Part shown: positions 6,692 to 14,681 of the stretch, in pieces
Layout: every line of letters begins with the position of its first letter
How positions within the stretch are numbered: position 1 is the first letter of the stretch
Origin: a virus
Virus record (IMG/VR): IMGVR_UViG_3300026290_000001
Reading direction: 5' to 3' (one strand)
Length of the DNA: 64,000 nt
The notes under the pieces: generated by a model
The model's input: only the letters and a program-made list of their open reading frames with translations
Databases searched by the model: none
What the model was told of the DNA's origin: nothing
Program-made: the position numbers and the translations under genes

Positions 6692-7843
6692 TTAAAAATA
6701 CACGAGGCGAGCGCCGATAACCGAATACTTTTCAGACTCCGAATAACCCACATGCAGCCGAAACGCCCCCGCCTTATCCGCAGCCGACCAATCACCACCG
6801 AAACGCGGCAAGCGCGAAACATTCAGAACCGCGGAATCGGGATAATGCGTGCTTTCGCTTCCGTTTGCTGTTTTGACGATAAAACCCGTTTCCGTACCAC
6901 CTTGTATGTCGTCTATGTAACCGACTATATTCGTTGTCGCACCCTGTCCGTAATTTGTATATCCAGAACCAATATCGTTAAAACTTTCATTGCCGATTAG
7001 GATGTTTCGGTCTGCATCACTAAATAATCCGTCAATCCAATAGTAAATATTACCCCAAAAATCTTCTATGCCACAAAATTTTAATTGTTGTTTTCCTGTA
7101 GTTTCACCATAGAACATACCTTTAGCATTTGTAGCACCCGTATTAACTTTGGCACTATTCCCATCGACATAACCTCTGCCTAAAGCAGTTTGCCAATCCC
7201 TACTCTTAAACATCACCGTACCTAAGACTTGCAACATTAAAAGTTGAAAATAAGCCATTTGGTCATAACCACTGCCATTCGCCTGTGCAATAGTTCTAAA
7301 TGCACCGATAGTTTCATAAGCGGTTGTTATTTTTCCGCTTAAACTTCTTAATTTAGAACCGTCAGAATATCCTAAATAAGCTGAAATGTAACACTTGGCT
7401 TTTTCGGTTGTACCCCTCATATGTGCTAAACATTTATACCCACTATCTACCTTTGCATTAGCATATCTTACATACAAGTCAGTCCCAATGGTTTCAAATT
7501 TCCACCAAATCTTAGGAAATTCAATCATTACGTCACCATCTGCACCACTTGTAATGTCTGCATTTGTCCCGTCAATTTTTTTAGTATAATCGTTTGGATT
7601 TAGATAGTATTGCACCACTCCATTTTTAAGTAAACATGGTTTAATCTGATTAAATGGAAACTTGTCTTGCCAACTACCATAAGAAAAATTGCCATTATTT
7701 CCTTGGGCTGGAGTAAAACCTATTGCATTATCTGTATAGGCTAAAGCAGTTTCGGGGTTGCTATTTGTAGTATCAATTTTGATGCCATATATTTTAGGTG
7801 GTGATTTTACTGGTTTTCTTTTCCTAATTAATGCCTCACCCAT
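6692..7843 (-). CDS. receptor-binding protein with C-type-lectin/FGE-like fold and Mtd-like (DGR-target-type) C-terminus
   Basis: FWGNIYYWIDG resembles the GNVWEW motif of FGE/CLec folds. The C-terminus RFGGDWSAADKAGAFRLHVGYSESEKYSVIGARLVYF parallels the Bordetella-phage Mtd variable region (FGGNWNN..NIGARGV). Locally GC-rich and A-poor. Confidence 0.6.
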   Translation of the reverse strand: MGEALIRKRKPVKSPPKIYGIKIDTTNSNPETALAYTDNAIGFTPAQGNNGNFSYGSWQDKFPFNQIKPCLLKNGVVQYYLNPNDYTKKIDGTNADITSGADGDVMIEFPKIWWKFETIGTDLYVRYANAKVDSGYKCLAHMRGTTEKAKCYISAYLGYSDGSKLRSLSGKITTAYETIGAFRTIAQANGSGYDQMAYFQLLMLQVLGTVMFKSRDWQTALGRGYVDGNSAKVNTGATNAKGMFYGETTGKQQLKFCGIEDFWGNIYYWIDGLFSDADRNILIGNESFNDIGSGYTNYGQGATTNIVGYIDDIQGGTETGFIVKTANGSESTHYPDSAVLNVSRLPRFGGDWSAADKAGAFRLHVGYSESEKYSVIGARLVYF

Positions 7844-8686
7844 TTACCTCACCACCTTTAGCTGAATTGGCAAACTAACTTCAGGTTTATCCATCGCATA
7901 TAATGTTATAGAATTATTAGCAGTTGTTACACGATAAATTTTACCCCACTCATTTACTCGTTCTTTATCTGTAGCAAATGTGCCACTCATTACTACGTCA
8001 ACTATAGGATTGTCATTTGACGATATTCCAGTTACCGTTTGCGTTTTCGTATATGGGGCTTCTGTACCTGTCCAAGTAGTATCAAGTGTTGTCGTAAGCG
8101 TAGCGTGATATACGTGTCCTAATTTACTTATTGTCGCACCATCTGCCAGATGGTTAGCAAACTTTTTCCCAACCCCACTAACCAAAGGTCTTTTATCGAC
8201 AATTATATTTACAGTTTTATCCGCATTTGTACTAATAGTACCAATTAATAGACTTCCATCTGTAATTGTTCCATCTATACTACTAGCAAAATTTCCATCA
8301 TTTTTAAGATATATAGTATAGGTTATACTGGCCGATACTGGATTAATAGTAAAAGTTGTATCAGATGTTTTAGTTATAGTATTTATTGTATTTCCACTAA
8401 ATGTTTCACCAGTACCACTAGCAATAACTATACTTAATGTATCTGTACCACTCGTATAAAATGCAGATTTTATTCTAAATGGACTATCCAATTCTAATGA
8501 ATTTAATAAAAATCTCGCATCTTTCCATGTTGCTCCTAAATCTCTAGGATCAGTACCACCTAAAGTAACATTTGCATCATCAGCAACATGGATAATATCT
8601 AAACCACTATATTTATTTCTAATTTCTGCTACTTGCTCATCTGTATGTATAGCAAATACTTTGCTATTTTTAATTACACAAATCAT
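7844..8686 (-). CDS. tail fibre protein (short paralogue)
   Basis: Residues ~70-181 are homologous to residues ~106-219 of the neighbouring 587-aa fibre (..TDTLSI.I.SG.GE.F....NTITKTSDTTF.INPVSAS.TY.IYLKNDGNF..). The C-terminal domain is distinct. Confidence 0.6.
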   Translation of the reverse strand: MICVIKNSKVFAIHTDEQVAEIRNKYSGLDIIHVADDANVTLGGTDPRDLGATWKDARFLLNSLELDSPFRIKSAFYTSGTDTLSIVIASGTGETFSGNTINTITKTSDTTFTINPVSASITYTIYLKNDGNFASSIDGTITDGSLLIGTISTNADKTVNIIVDKRPLVSGVGKKFANHLADGATISKLGHVYHATLTTTLDTTWTGTEAPYTKTQTVTGISSNDNPIVDVVMSGTFATDKERVNEWGKIYRVTTANNSITLYAMDKPEVSLPIQLKVVR

Positions 8687-8705
8687 AAATTTATATCTCC
8701 CTCCT

Positions 8706-10469
8706 TTACACTATTATCCATGAACCTTTATTTCCCTCAGAATTAGGTTCAGGAGAGAAAATAGGACTGCCACTATAATTAGAACAACGTACATATCCAT
8801 TGTTATATGCAAATATATCAATTAAACCTGCATCACCAACATTAGAATTTGAAGCAAATAAAGAACCTTCTTCACAACAATCTATATTGTATTCCACATT
8901 GTTTTTTGCAATAATTCCCGAACTAAATCCTTTTCCACCATTATTAACTGTTAATCCTGATTTATTTCCACAAACACATATATTTTCTGCCATCATACCC
9001 CCACCAGTAGAATCATAAGCACCTTTTTCAGAATTACCATTTGCTATACAATTATTTATATAAATCCCTGCGAAATTGGAACATTCATAACCATTTTCAT
9101 TATTGGAAGATGCTGTATATGGTGCAGTAATACCTGCTCTGTTAGTTACAAAAAAACCAGATTTAAAACCAGATACTCCAACATTTGTACCACAAGTTAT
9201 GCTTGCGCCTGTTGTTGATAATATTCCATAATTAGTACTAGCATTAGAACCAATAATTGCAACATTATTTAATAATCCTAATTCAGAACGGTCAGCAACA
9301 ATACCATTACAATTTGTAAATTTTAACGTTGTAGTTAAAACAACAAAATCTCCACCCGTTAATGCAACAGCAGGGAATGGAGTACCTTGAAAAGTATTTT
9401 TAACCGTTACTACGTTTCCATTTATATTTATAATTTCATACATTCCACGTAAAACTTCATGATTACCTGTGCCTGTAGTATTTTTTATAATAGCATATTG
9501 TCCTACTTGCATACCTACTGCACTAGCAACTGTTATAGGTACAGACCAATTTCCAGCAGTATCAGAAACACTACCTACGTTTGAAACGGTTGTGGCAATA
9601 GGAGTAGCACCAATTATTCTTATATTAGAACCATTAACATGATTTATTTTAAGTTGAGAAGTATGTTCATACATTTCTGTTAATAAAGAAATAGTTACAG
9701 TAGTTGAACTAGTTATACTAGCAGTTTTTATACTATCTAAAGCATTTGGTATTGTAGTAAAATCACATCCAGTAGAGCCAACAGTTATAGTTTTATTGGC
9801 ATCTATAATAGTATCTGTTAAATGTTTAATAAATTCACTACCTACAGCACTAACTAAAGGTCTTTTATCAGTAATTGTATTTATAGATTTATCTGCATTG
9901 GTACTAATTGTTCCTATTAAAATACTTCCATTTGGAATACTACCATTTGTACTTTTATCAAAATTACCATCATTCTTTAAATAAATATTATAGGTCACGC
10001 TAGCACTTACTGGATTAATATTAAAAGTAGTATCAGATGTTTTTGTAATAGTGTTTAAAGTAGTACTATTAAAACTTTCACCTGAACCCGAAGTAATTAT
10101 TATTGATAAAGTATCTGTTACTGAATTATATTCAGCAGATTTTATCTGAAACGGATACCCATATACATCTTCTACATTACTTTTTAAACTATCATGATCA
10201 TATGCTGTAAATAATCTTCCTATTATCGTTCCATTACTCCATGTCTGTGCTGTCCCTTGAAATCCCCTAGTTACACCAACCAAACTACTACCACTTTTAT
10301 CTGTATATAAAATAGTTTCTGCATTATTACCAGTTCCTATAGTAGCAAGATTAGGTGCATTGGGAAAAACTGAAATATCAGTTACGGGGATGGTAGTTGC
10401 AATACTATTTATATCAGAAGAAAGTGTTGTAAGAGGGGAGTTAATTTTAGCATTATACATTGTTTCCAT
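8706..10469 (-). CDS. tail fibre/tailspike with C-terminal parallel beta-helix
   Basis: N-terminus of the widespread prophage-fibre type (ATIGTGNNAETILYTD..VTRGFQGTAQTWSNGT..TAYDH). The C-terminal half consists of Gly/Asn-rich ~22-aa turns (NCNGIVAD, NVAIIGSNAS, GASITCGTNVG, NNCIANGNS), typical of PbH1 beta-helix depolymerases. Confidence 0.7.
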   Translation of the reverse strand: METMYNAKINSPLTTLSSDINSIATTIPVTDISVFPNAPNLATIGTGNNAETILYTDKSGSSLVGVTRGFQGTAQTWSNGTIIGRLFTAYDHDSLKSNVEDVYGYPFQIKSAEYNSVTDTLSIIITSGSGESFNSTTLNTITKTSDTTFNINPVSASVTYNIYLKNDGNFDKSTNGSIPNGSILIGTISTNADKSINTITDKRPLVSAVGSEFIKHLTDTIIDANKTITVGSTGCDFTTIPNALDSIKTASITSSTTVTISLLTEMYEHTSQLKINHVNGSNIRIIGATPIATTVSNVGSVSDTAGNWSVPITVASAVGMQVGQYAIIKNTTGTGNHEVLRGMYEIININGNVVTVKNTFQGTPFPAVALTGGDFVVLTTTLKFTNCNGIVADRSELGLLNNVAIIGSNASTNYGILSTTGASITCGTNVGVSGFKSGFFVTNRAGITAPYTASSNNENGYECSNFAGIYINNCIANGNSEKGAYDSTGGGMMAENICVCGNKSGLTVNNGGKGFSSGIIAKNNVEYNIDCCEEGSLFASNSNVGDAGLIDIFAYNNGYVRCSNYSGSPIFSPEPNSEGNKGSWIIV

Positions 10470-11687
10470 TTACTCTATCACCCCTTCATAATTAACCTTC
10501 CAAACATCATTAACTTTGCCATAGATGCCAATGATAGGTTTCCATTTTCCATTAATTTTTACATAAACATTATTAATATTTTTCCAATTACCATTTACTT
10601 TATAAATCAGCGCAGTATTGTAAACTGAAATATCATTAATATTTAATAATAAATTATCATTAGCATTGGTTTCTACAAATACATTTGTAGTTTCATGTAT
10701 ATTTATATTTAAACTATCATTAGAATTAATATCAACATTTTTGTGAATATAACTTTCATTAATAGACAATCTAATTGAATCAGTTATATTATTAGATGCA
10801 GTTAAATTATTTACATTATCCGTTGAAGAAATATTTAATGTATCACTAACATTTGGCAAGGCAGTAACATTTGCATTGTCAGCACAATAAATATTAATAG
10901 CATCATTTTTATTAAACTCATTAATAGTTAAATCTATGCCATTAATATCTAAATTTTCAGATGTGCTAATATCTACCAATATATTTTTGGTTTCATTTAC
11001 ACCTATATTTAAATTATCACCAGTATTTATATTAGTAATTAATTGACTTTCTTCGGTAATATCTAAATATAAATTGTTTTCAATATCCTTGGATAATACT
11101 AATAAAGAATCTTCTTGTAGATTGATATCTAAAGAATCTTCTAGGTTTAAAGAAATATATGATGATTCATCTATTGTTAAATTAATATCATCTTCTACTT
11201 CAATGTTTTTATCTAAATTATTAGTTTCACTTAATGATAAATCAAGATCGTCATAAGTTTTTATATTGTAAGCATCAGGAGAATCCCATATAGATAATTC
11301 TTGTATATTTATAGACAAAGAATCATTAACATTTATATTTACATTTAATGATTGCGAATCACTTACAGTTAAGTTAAGTGCATCTTGAAGTGTATTAGTT
11401 ACTTCTAAATCCGAAACATCATTTAGTGTAATTATAGGCGGGTCAGTACCTGAAGCATTTACAAGCCTTTCACTTTCCTCTACAGATGTAATAATTAAAT
11501 TGTCAGAAACACTAAAAGTCCAAATTTTATTACTTTCTTCAGTTATAGTTATTGTTAATTCATCATGTACATTTATTTCTATAACTGCTGATTCTGTAAT
11601 ATTTAGTGTTAATTCATCCGAAGAGGAAGATGATATATCGTTTAATGTGTTGAAAGATGTTTGGTTAAAACGTCCTTGATTAAACAA
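10470..11687 (-). CDS. repetitive acidic fibre-like structural protein
   Basis: About 25 iterations of an 11-12-aa unit of the form D-x-L-x-I-x-I-x-E-x-S (DELTITITEES, DSLSINIQELS, DSLDINLQEDS, DSLNINIHETT). The C-terminus has a triple NGxWK motif. Confidence 0.5.
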   Translation of the reverse strand: MFNQGRFNQTSFNTLNDISSSSSDELTLNITESAVIEINVHDELTITITEESNKIWTFSVSDNLIITSVEESERLVNASGTDPPIITLNDVSDLEVTNTLQDALNLTVSDSQSLNVNINVNDSLSINIQELSIWDSPDAYNIKTYDDLDLSLSETNNLDKNIEVEDDINLTIDESSYISLNLEDSLDINLQEDSLLVLSKDIENNLYLDITEESQLITNINTGDNLNIGVNETKNILVDISTSENLDINGIDLTINEFNKNDAINIYCADNANVTALPNVSDTLNISSTDNVNNLTASNNITDSIRLSINESYIHKNVDINSNDSLNINIHETTNVFVETNANDNLLLNINDISVYNTALIYKVNGNWKNINNVYVKINGKWKPIIGIYGKVNDVWKVNYEGVIE

Positions 11688-11747
11688 TAAATATCACCTC
11701 CTCATTAATTAAAAATAGGACTATATATAATTTTTATATTAATAATA

Positions 11748-12128
11748 TTAACTAATATTAATTGTAAGTGTTACGGTAAGAAGCCAGTTTCCACCGGATT
11801 TTGTGCCTAAATTTTCCACCTTCCTATTCAACATAACTCCTCCACTAGAAGCATTAAAAACTCCCCATTCCTGCCATGCAAAATTAGCATCAGTAGTTCC
11901 AAAACTAGATTTAAATACTAACTGATTATTAGTTCTTGTAGGGAAAGTGGCTTCCATGCCCTTTCTTACTTTGTTAGAACTTGCTTGTAAATCAATCTGT
12001 GAAGCTGCAAAAGCAGTAGTAGAATCACCGACTCCGATATGCGAATTTGTCGAATTAAAGAATACGGGTGAATCATCATTAATTATACAAGCTGCTATAA
12101 AATCTCTACCACTATTTGTTAATGCCAT
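11748..12128 (-). CDS. conserved phage tail-associated protein (function unknown)
   Basis: 126 aa with the pattern MALTNSGRDFIA..IGVGDSTTAF..Q.DLQA..NKVRK..ANFAWQEWGVFN..GGVMLNR, recalled from prophage fibre clusters. No named family assigned. Confidence 0.45.
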   Translation of the reverse strand: MALTNSGRDFIAACIINDDSPVFFNSTNSHIGVGDSTTAFAASQIDLQASSNKVRKGMEATFPTRTNNQLVFKSSFGTTDANFAWQEWGVFNASSGGVMLNRKVENLGTKSGGNWLLTVTLTINIS

Positions 12129-12192
12129 TTTTATAATTCCTCCTTAAATTTATATTTGTAAAATAATAAATAATTTAATAAATATTTAAATA

Positions 12193-12372
12193 TTAAATAT
12201 TAAAACCCATATCTTTTAAATTATCTTCTGATGCCATAAAATCATCTTCAGATATAATAACTTCAATGGGTTTTACCAAACCTTTATCAATTTGTTCCTG
12301 TGTTGCCCAATCAGGATATTTTTCTAATCTGAGCGTTGCTTTCATGCTAATTCCCATTTTTTCATTATTCAT
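12193..12372 (-). CDS. small hypothetical protein (59 aa)
   Basis: Not in the ORF track. ATG at 12370-12372 downstream of AAGGAGG; translates MNNEKMGISMKATLRLEKYPDWATQEQIDKGLVKPIEVIISEDDFMASEDNLKDMGFNI*. Confidence 0.4.
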   Translation of the reverse strand: MNNEKMGISMKATLRLEKYPDWATQEQIDKGLVKPIEVIISEDDFMASEDNLKDMGFNI

Positions 12373-12435
12373 AAAATCTAATAATTACCTCCTTATTTTT
12401 CTAGTATATTTATATTAATAAAATAATTAATATCT

Positions 12436-12942
12436 TTATTCTTGATAGACGAACCAAATGTCCCCATCCTCACCGTCTTCATTACTAGGTTGTACAGTAG
12501 AAAATATAAAATGGTGTGCAGAAGTTTGTATTATATCTTCAAGTGTTTCTTTAATATCATAAGAACCACTACCATTAGATTGAAAACTACTATAAATCCT
12601 ACTTGCGGGTATATAAACTCCACCACTACCATAAAAAGAAAATTGTAATATACTTCCACTTACATCAGGATGAAAATAAACGTATCCATATACATAATCT
12701 ACTTTATATGTACCAATTTTACTTTCTGTGTCTAATGTAGGAAAACCATCAACAATTTCATACCACTGGTAAGTTTCCAATCCAAAATTACCCATGACCT
12801 GAACTTTATTTTGCCTATGCGGAATTTCTGATAATATTACTAATCCATTTATTATTTTTTTATATTCACTTAATGAAACTAAAGGTTGCTCATTATTACC
12901 TCTTCGTATTGAAATAAAAGGATCATAAAAAATTTGATTCAA
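12436..12942 (-). CDS. tail/baseplate-associated protein
   Basis: TTG start after GGAGGTG. 168 aa with YKVDYVYGYVYFHPDVSG, resembling N-terminal anchor domains of fibre/baseplate proteins. Call rests mainly on position. Confidence 0.45.
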   Translation of the reverse strand: MNQIFYDPFISIRRGNNEQPLVSLSEYKKIINGLVILSEIPHRQNKVQVMGNFGLETYQWYEIVDGFPTLDTESKIGTYKVDYVYGYVYFHPDVSGSILQFSFYGSGGVYIPASRIYSSFQSNGSGSYDIKETLEDIIQTSAHHFIFSTVQPSNEDGEDGDIWFVYQE

Positions 12943-13104
12943 AATTTATCACCTCCAACCTAATTTTTCAAAAAATAGAAAAATCAAAAATGTTCAAAAA
13001 TTTATCTTCTGTTTTCTCTTGTTTTCTTCCATTTACTCTGTTTTTCAAGCACAAAATTTGAATAAAAGGAATATTTTATTGTTGAGCCAAGAACACTCGT
13101 GACT

Positions 13105-14397
13105 TCAGTCATGAGATGAATTGGCTCTGTTCTGTTCATATATAATCCATGATTTTCTTGCATTAATTCTTTGCATGTTAGATATTTTCGGTGTCTTCAT
13201 ACCTCTGGGTGCATTACTAAAATCTATTTTTTCACCATCTATACCCATAAGAATGGCATAACCCGTAGACATTCTACCTTTAATAAAATATTCATTACCT
13301 ATATACCTTACTTTATCAAACTTCCTAAATCCTTCTATTTTACCTGTAGGTATCTTCTGATGACTTCTTACTCCTTTTGCCTGTTGGTAATCGCCTTTAG
13401 GGATACACTTTTTTAATACAGCTTTTTCAGTTTTAAAGCTTACATCAATTAACCCTATATCTTCAATATTATTTAAACAGGCAATAGCTACAGCATCGTA
13501 GTAATGCTCTTTTGGTAATCCCATTAGCTGTCTATGTTCTTTGGTAATAAATCCAAAGGTTTCTTTTGCATTTGGTAGCTGTCTTAATAATTGTTGTCTT
13601 ATACTATTCATCTGTGTTGTGTGTTTTAATTGTCCTTTAATTTTACCATTCTTCTTTAATTTAATTCCTCCTTTGTGCAAACTATTATGACAAGTTTTAC
13701 AAAGTGTAATTAAATTTTCTGCATCATCTGAGCCACCATTTTTTCTAAAAACTATATGATGTACCTCTAATCTGCTGTCTTTACTTTTTCCTTTGCAATA
13801 CTGGCAAATATATTTATCTCTACTTAATACATAAGCTTTAGTATTAGCAAATCCATAATTAGTTCCTTTTTGATAAAGCCATTTATTACTTAATACTGCT
13901 GGATTTTTTAAAGCATGTGGGTCAAATGTTGCTGTTTCTATTATTATATTTGTAATGGGCATTATTGATTTTGCAAAATCAATTTCTTTTAAGTGTGAAT
14001 TAATTTTACTTGTCATTGTAGGAGAAAATCTATCTTTTTTAATGCTGTTTTTCCTATTATTAAATCTAGGTTCCCTATATCTAGTTTTCCTATTCCTTCT
14101 AGTTCTCCTATATTTAGCTCTTTTGTCCATTTTGTCAGATATATCATTTCTAATTTCTACTTCTGATATATAATACACTTCATTTTCGTCATTTGCTACT
14201 GCACTTCCTATTTTACTACTACCAGTATCAATTCCTAAAGTTAAATCTTGTGTATAGTCTGTAGCATGATATAGTAATTTAATTGTAAATGGAGTTCTTC
14301 TTATGCATTTTGCTTTACCATCTTTTAACAATAATCTTGCTATTGCTGGTTTACAAGGCATTAAAGGACTCCCATCTTCATTAATTACATAAACCAT
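13105..14397 (-). CDS. iscB: IscB RNA-guided endonuclease (PLMP-RuvC-bridge helix-HNH-RuvC)
   Basis: Domains in order: PLMP (SPLMPCKPAIARLLLKDGKA), RuvC-I (LGIDTGSSKIG), Arg-rich bridge helix (RAKYRRTRRNRKTRYREPRFNNRK) and RuvC-II (IIIETATFD). Then HNH (CQYCKG..EVHHIVFRKNGGSDDAENLITLCKTCHNSLH), RuvC-III (EHYYDAVAIA) and a C-terminal beta domain (FDKVRYIGNEYFIKGRMSTGY). Confidence 0.9.
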   Translation of the reverse strand: MVYVINEDGSPLMPCKPAIARLLLKDGKAKCIRRTPFTIKLLYHATDYTQDLTLGIDTGSSKIGSAVANDENEVYYISEVEIRNDISDKMDKRAKYRRTRRNRKTRYREPRFNNRKNSIKKDRFSPTMTSKINSHLKEIDFAKSIMPITNIIIETATFDPHALKNPAVLSNKWLYQKGTNYGFANTKAYVLSRDKYICQYCKGKSKDSRLEVHHIVFRKNGGSDDAENLITLCKTCHNSLHKGGIKLKKNGKIKGQLKHTTQMNSIRQQLLRQLPNAKETFGFITKEHRQLMGLPKEHYYDAVAIACLNNIEDIGLIDVSFKTEKAVLKKCIPKGDYQQAKGVRSHQKIPTGKIEGFRKFDKVRYIGNEYFIKGRMSTGYAILMGIDGEKIDFSNAPRGMKTPKISNMQRINARKSWIIYEQNRANSSHD

Positions 14398-14681
14398 AAA
14401 ATCAAATCCTTTCGGATAAATACTCTGCTTAAAAGCAGGTTATGCGTATCTATATACTATTACCATATATAGAATTCGTCCTCATCTCGACAATGATAAA
14501 ATAGCTTATATGTATATCACACCGAGCCTTACCCTCCAACTCTACTTAGTGATATACGATAGAGCAATGGTCTGATGCGTCAACCAAAGGTATCATAACT
14601 ATTCTATCGTAGTATAAATTTCTCTATACTAAGTCTGGTGAACTTAGACTTTAGAAGCCTCCGACTTTAGTCGGGGGTAGT
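14398..14681 (-). ncRNA. candidate IscB omega-RNA scaffold
   Basis: Non-coding and visibly GC-richer than its surroundings, directly upstream of iscB. Minus-strand helices: CCCCCGAC/GUCGGAGG, AAGUCU/AGACUU, long-range CUACGAUAGA/UCUAUCGUA, CUGCU/AGCAG, and AUCC-GAAA-GGAU just before the start codon. Confidence 0.6.

Larger units (their letters stand above)
13084..14681 (-). mobile_element. IscB-omega-RNA element (IS200/IS605-derived, no tnpA); boundaries approximate
   Basis: Contains the IscB ORF and a 284-bp structured upstream region. A hairpin (13084-13127) straddles the IscB stop. The element is wedged between two tail genes and no Y1 transposase is present in the window. Confidence 0.6.

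Noticed and set aside
6401-7000. Long plus-strand ORF (199 aa), the nested minus-strand ORF 6631-6822, and many other 60-115-aa track ORFs antisense to or nested in large genes. Examples: 4703-4906, 4851-5057, 5468-5671, 6139-6354, 7395-7589, 8800-9018, 9796-9984, 11074-11256, 11947-12147, 12442-12648, 13171-13416, 13955-14173, 14848-15195, 18058-18267, 18936-19235, 19995-20186, 21225-21533, 24504-24824, 25621-25830, 26592-26822, 27150-27347, 28761-28946, 29704-29979, 32663-32863, 34760-34954, 36815-37135, 37080-37283, 38244-38543, 39834-40058, 40091-40303, 45885-46082, 45928-46200, 48904-49125, 53774-53974 and 57672-57878.
   Set aside because: Each overlaps a longer ORF that has recognisable motifs or operon context. 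They lack Shine-Dalgarno sequences and their translations are low-complexity (Ile/Phe/Leu/Ser-rich), typical of shadow frames in AT-rich DNA.
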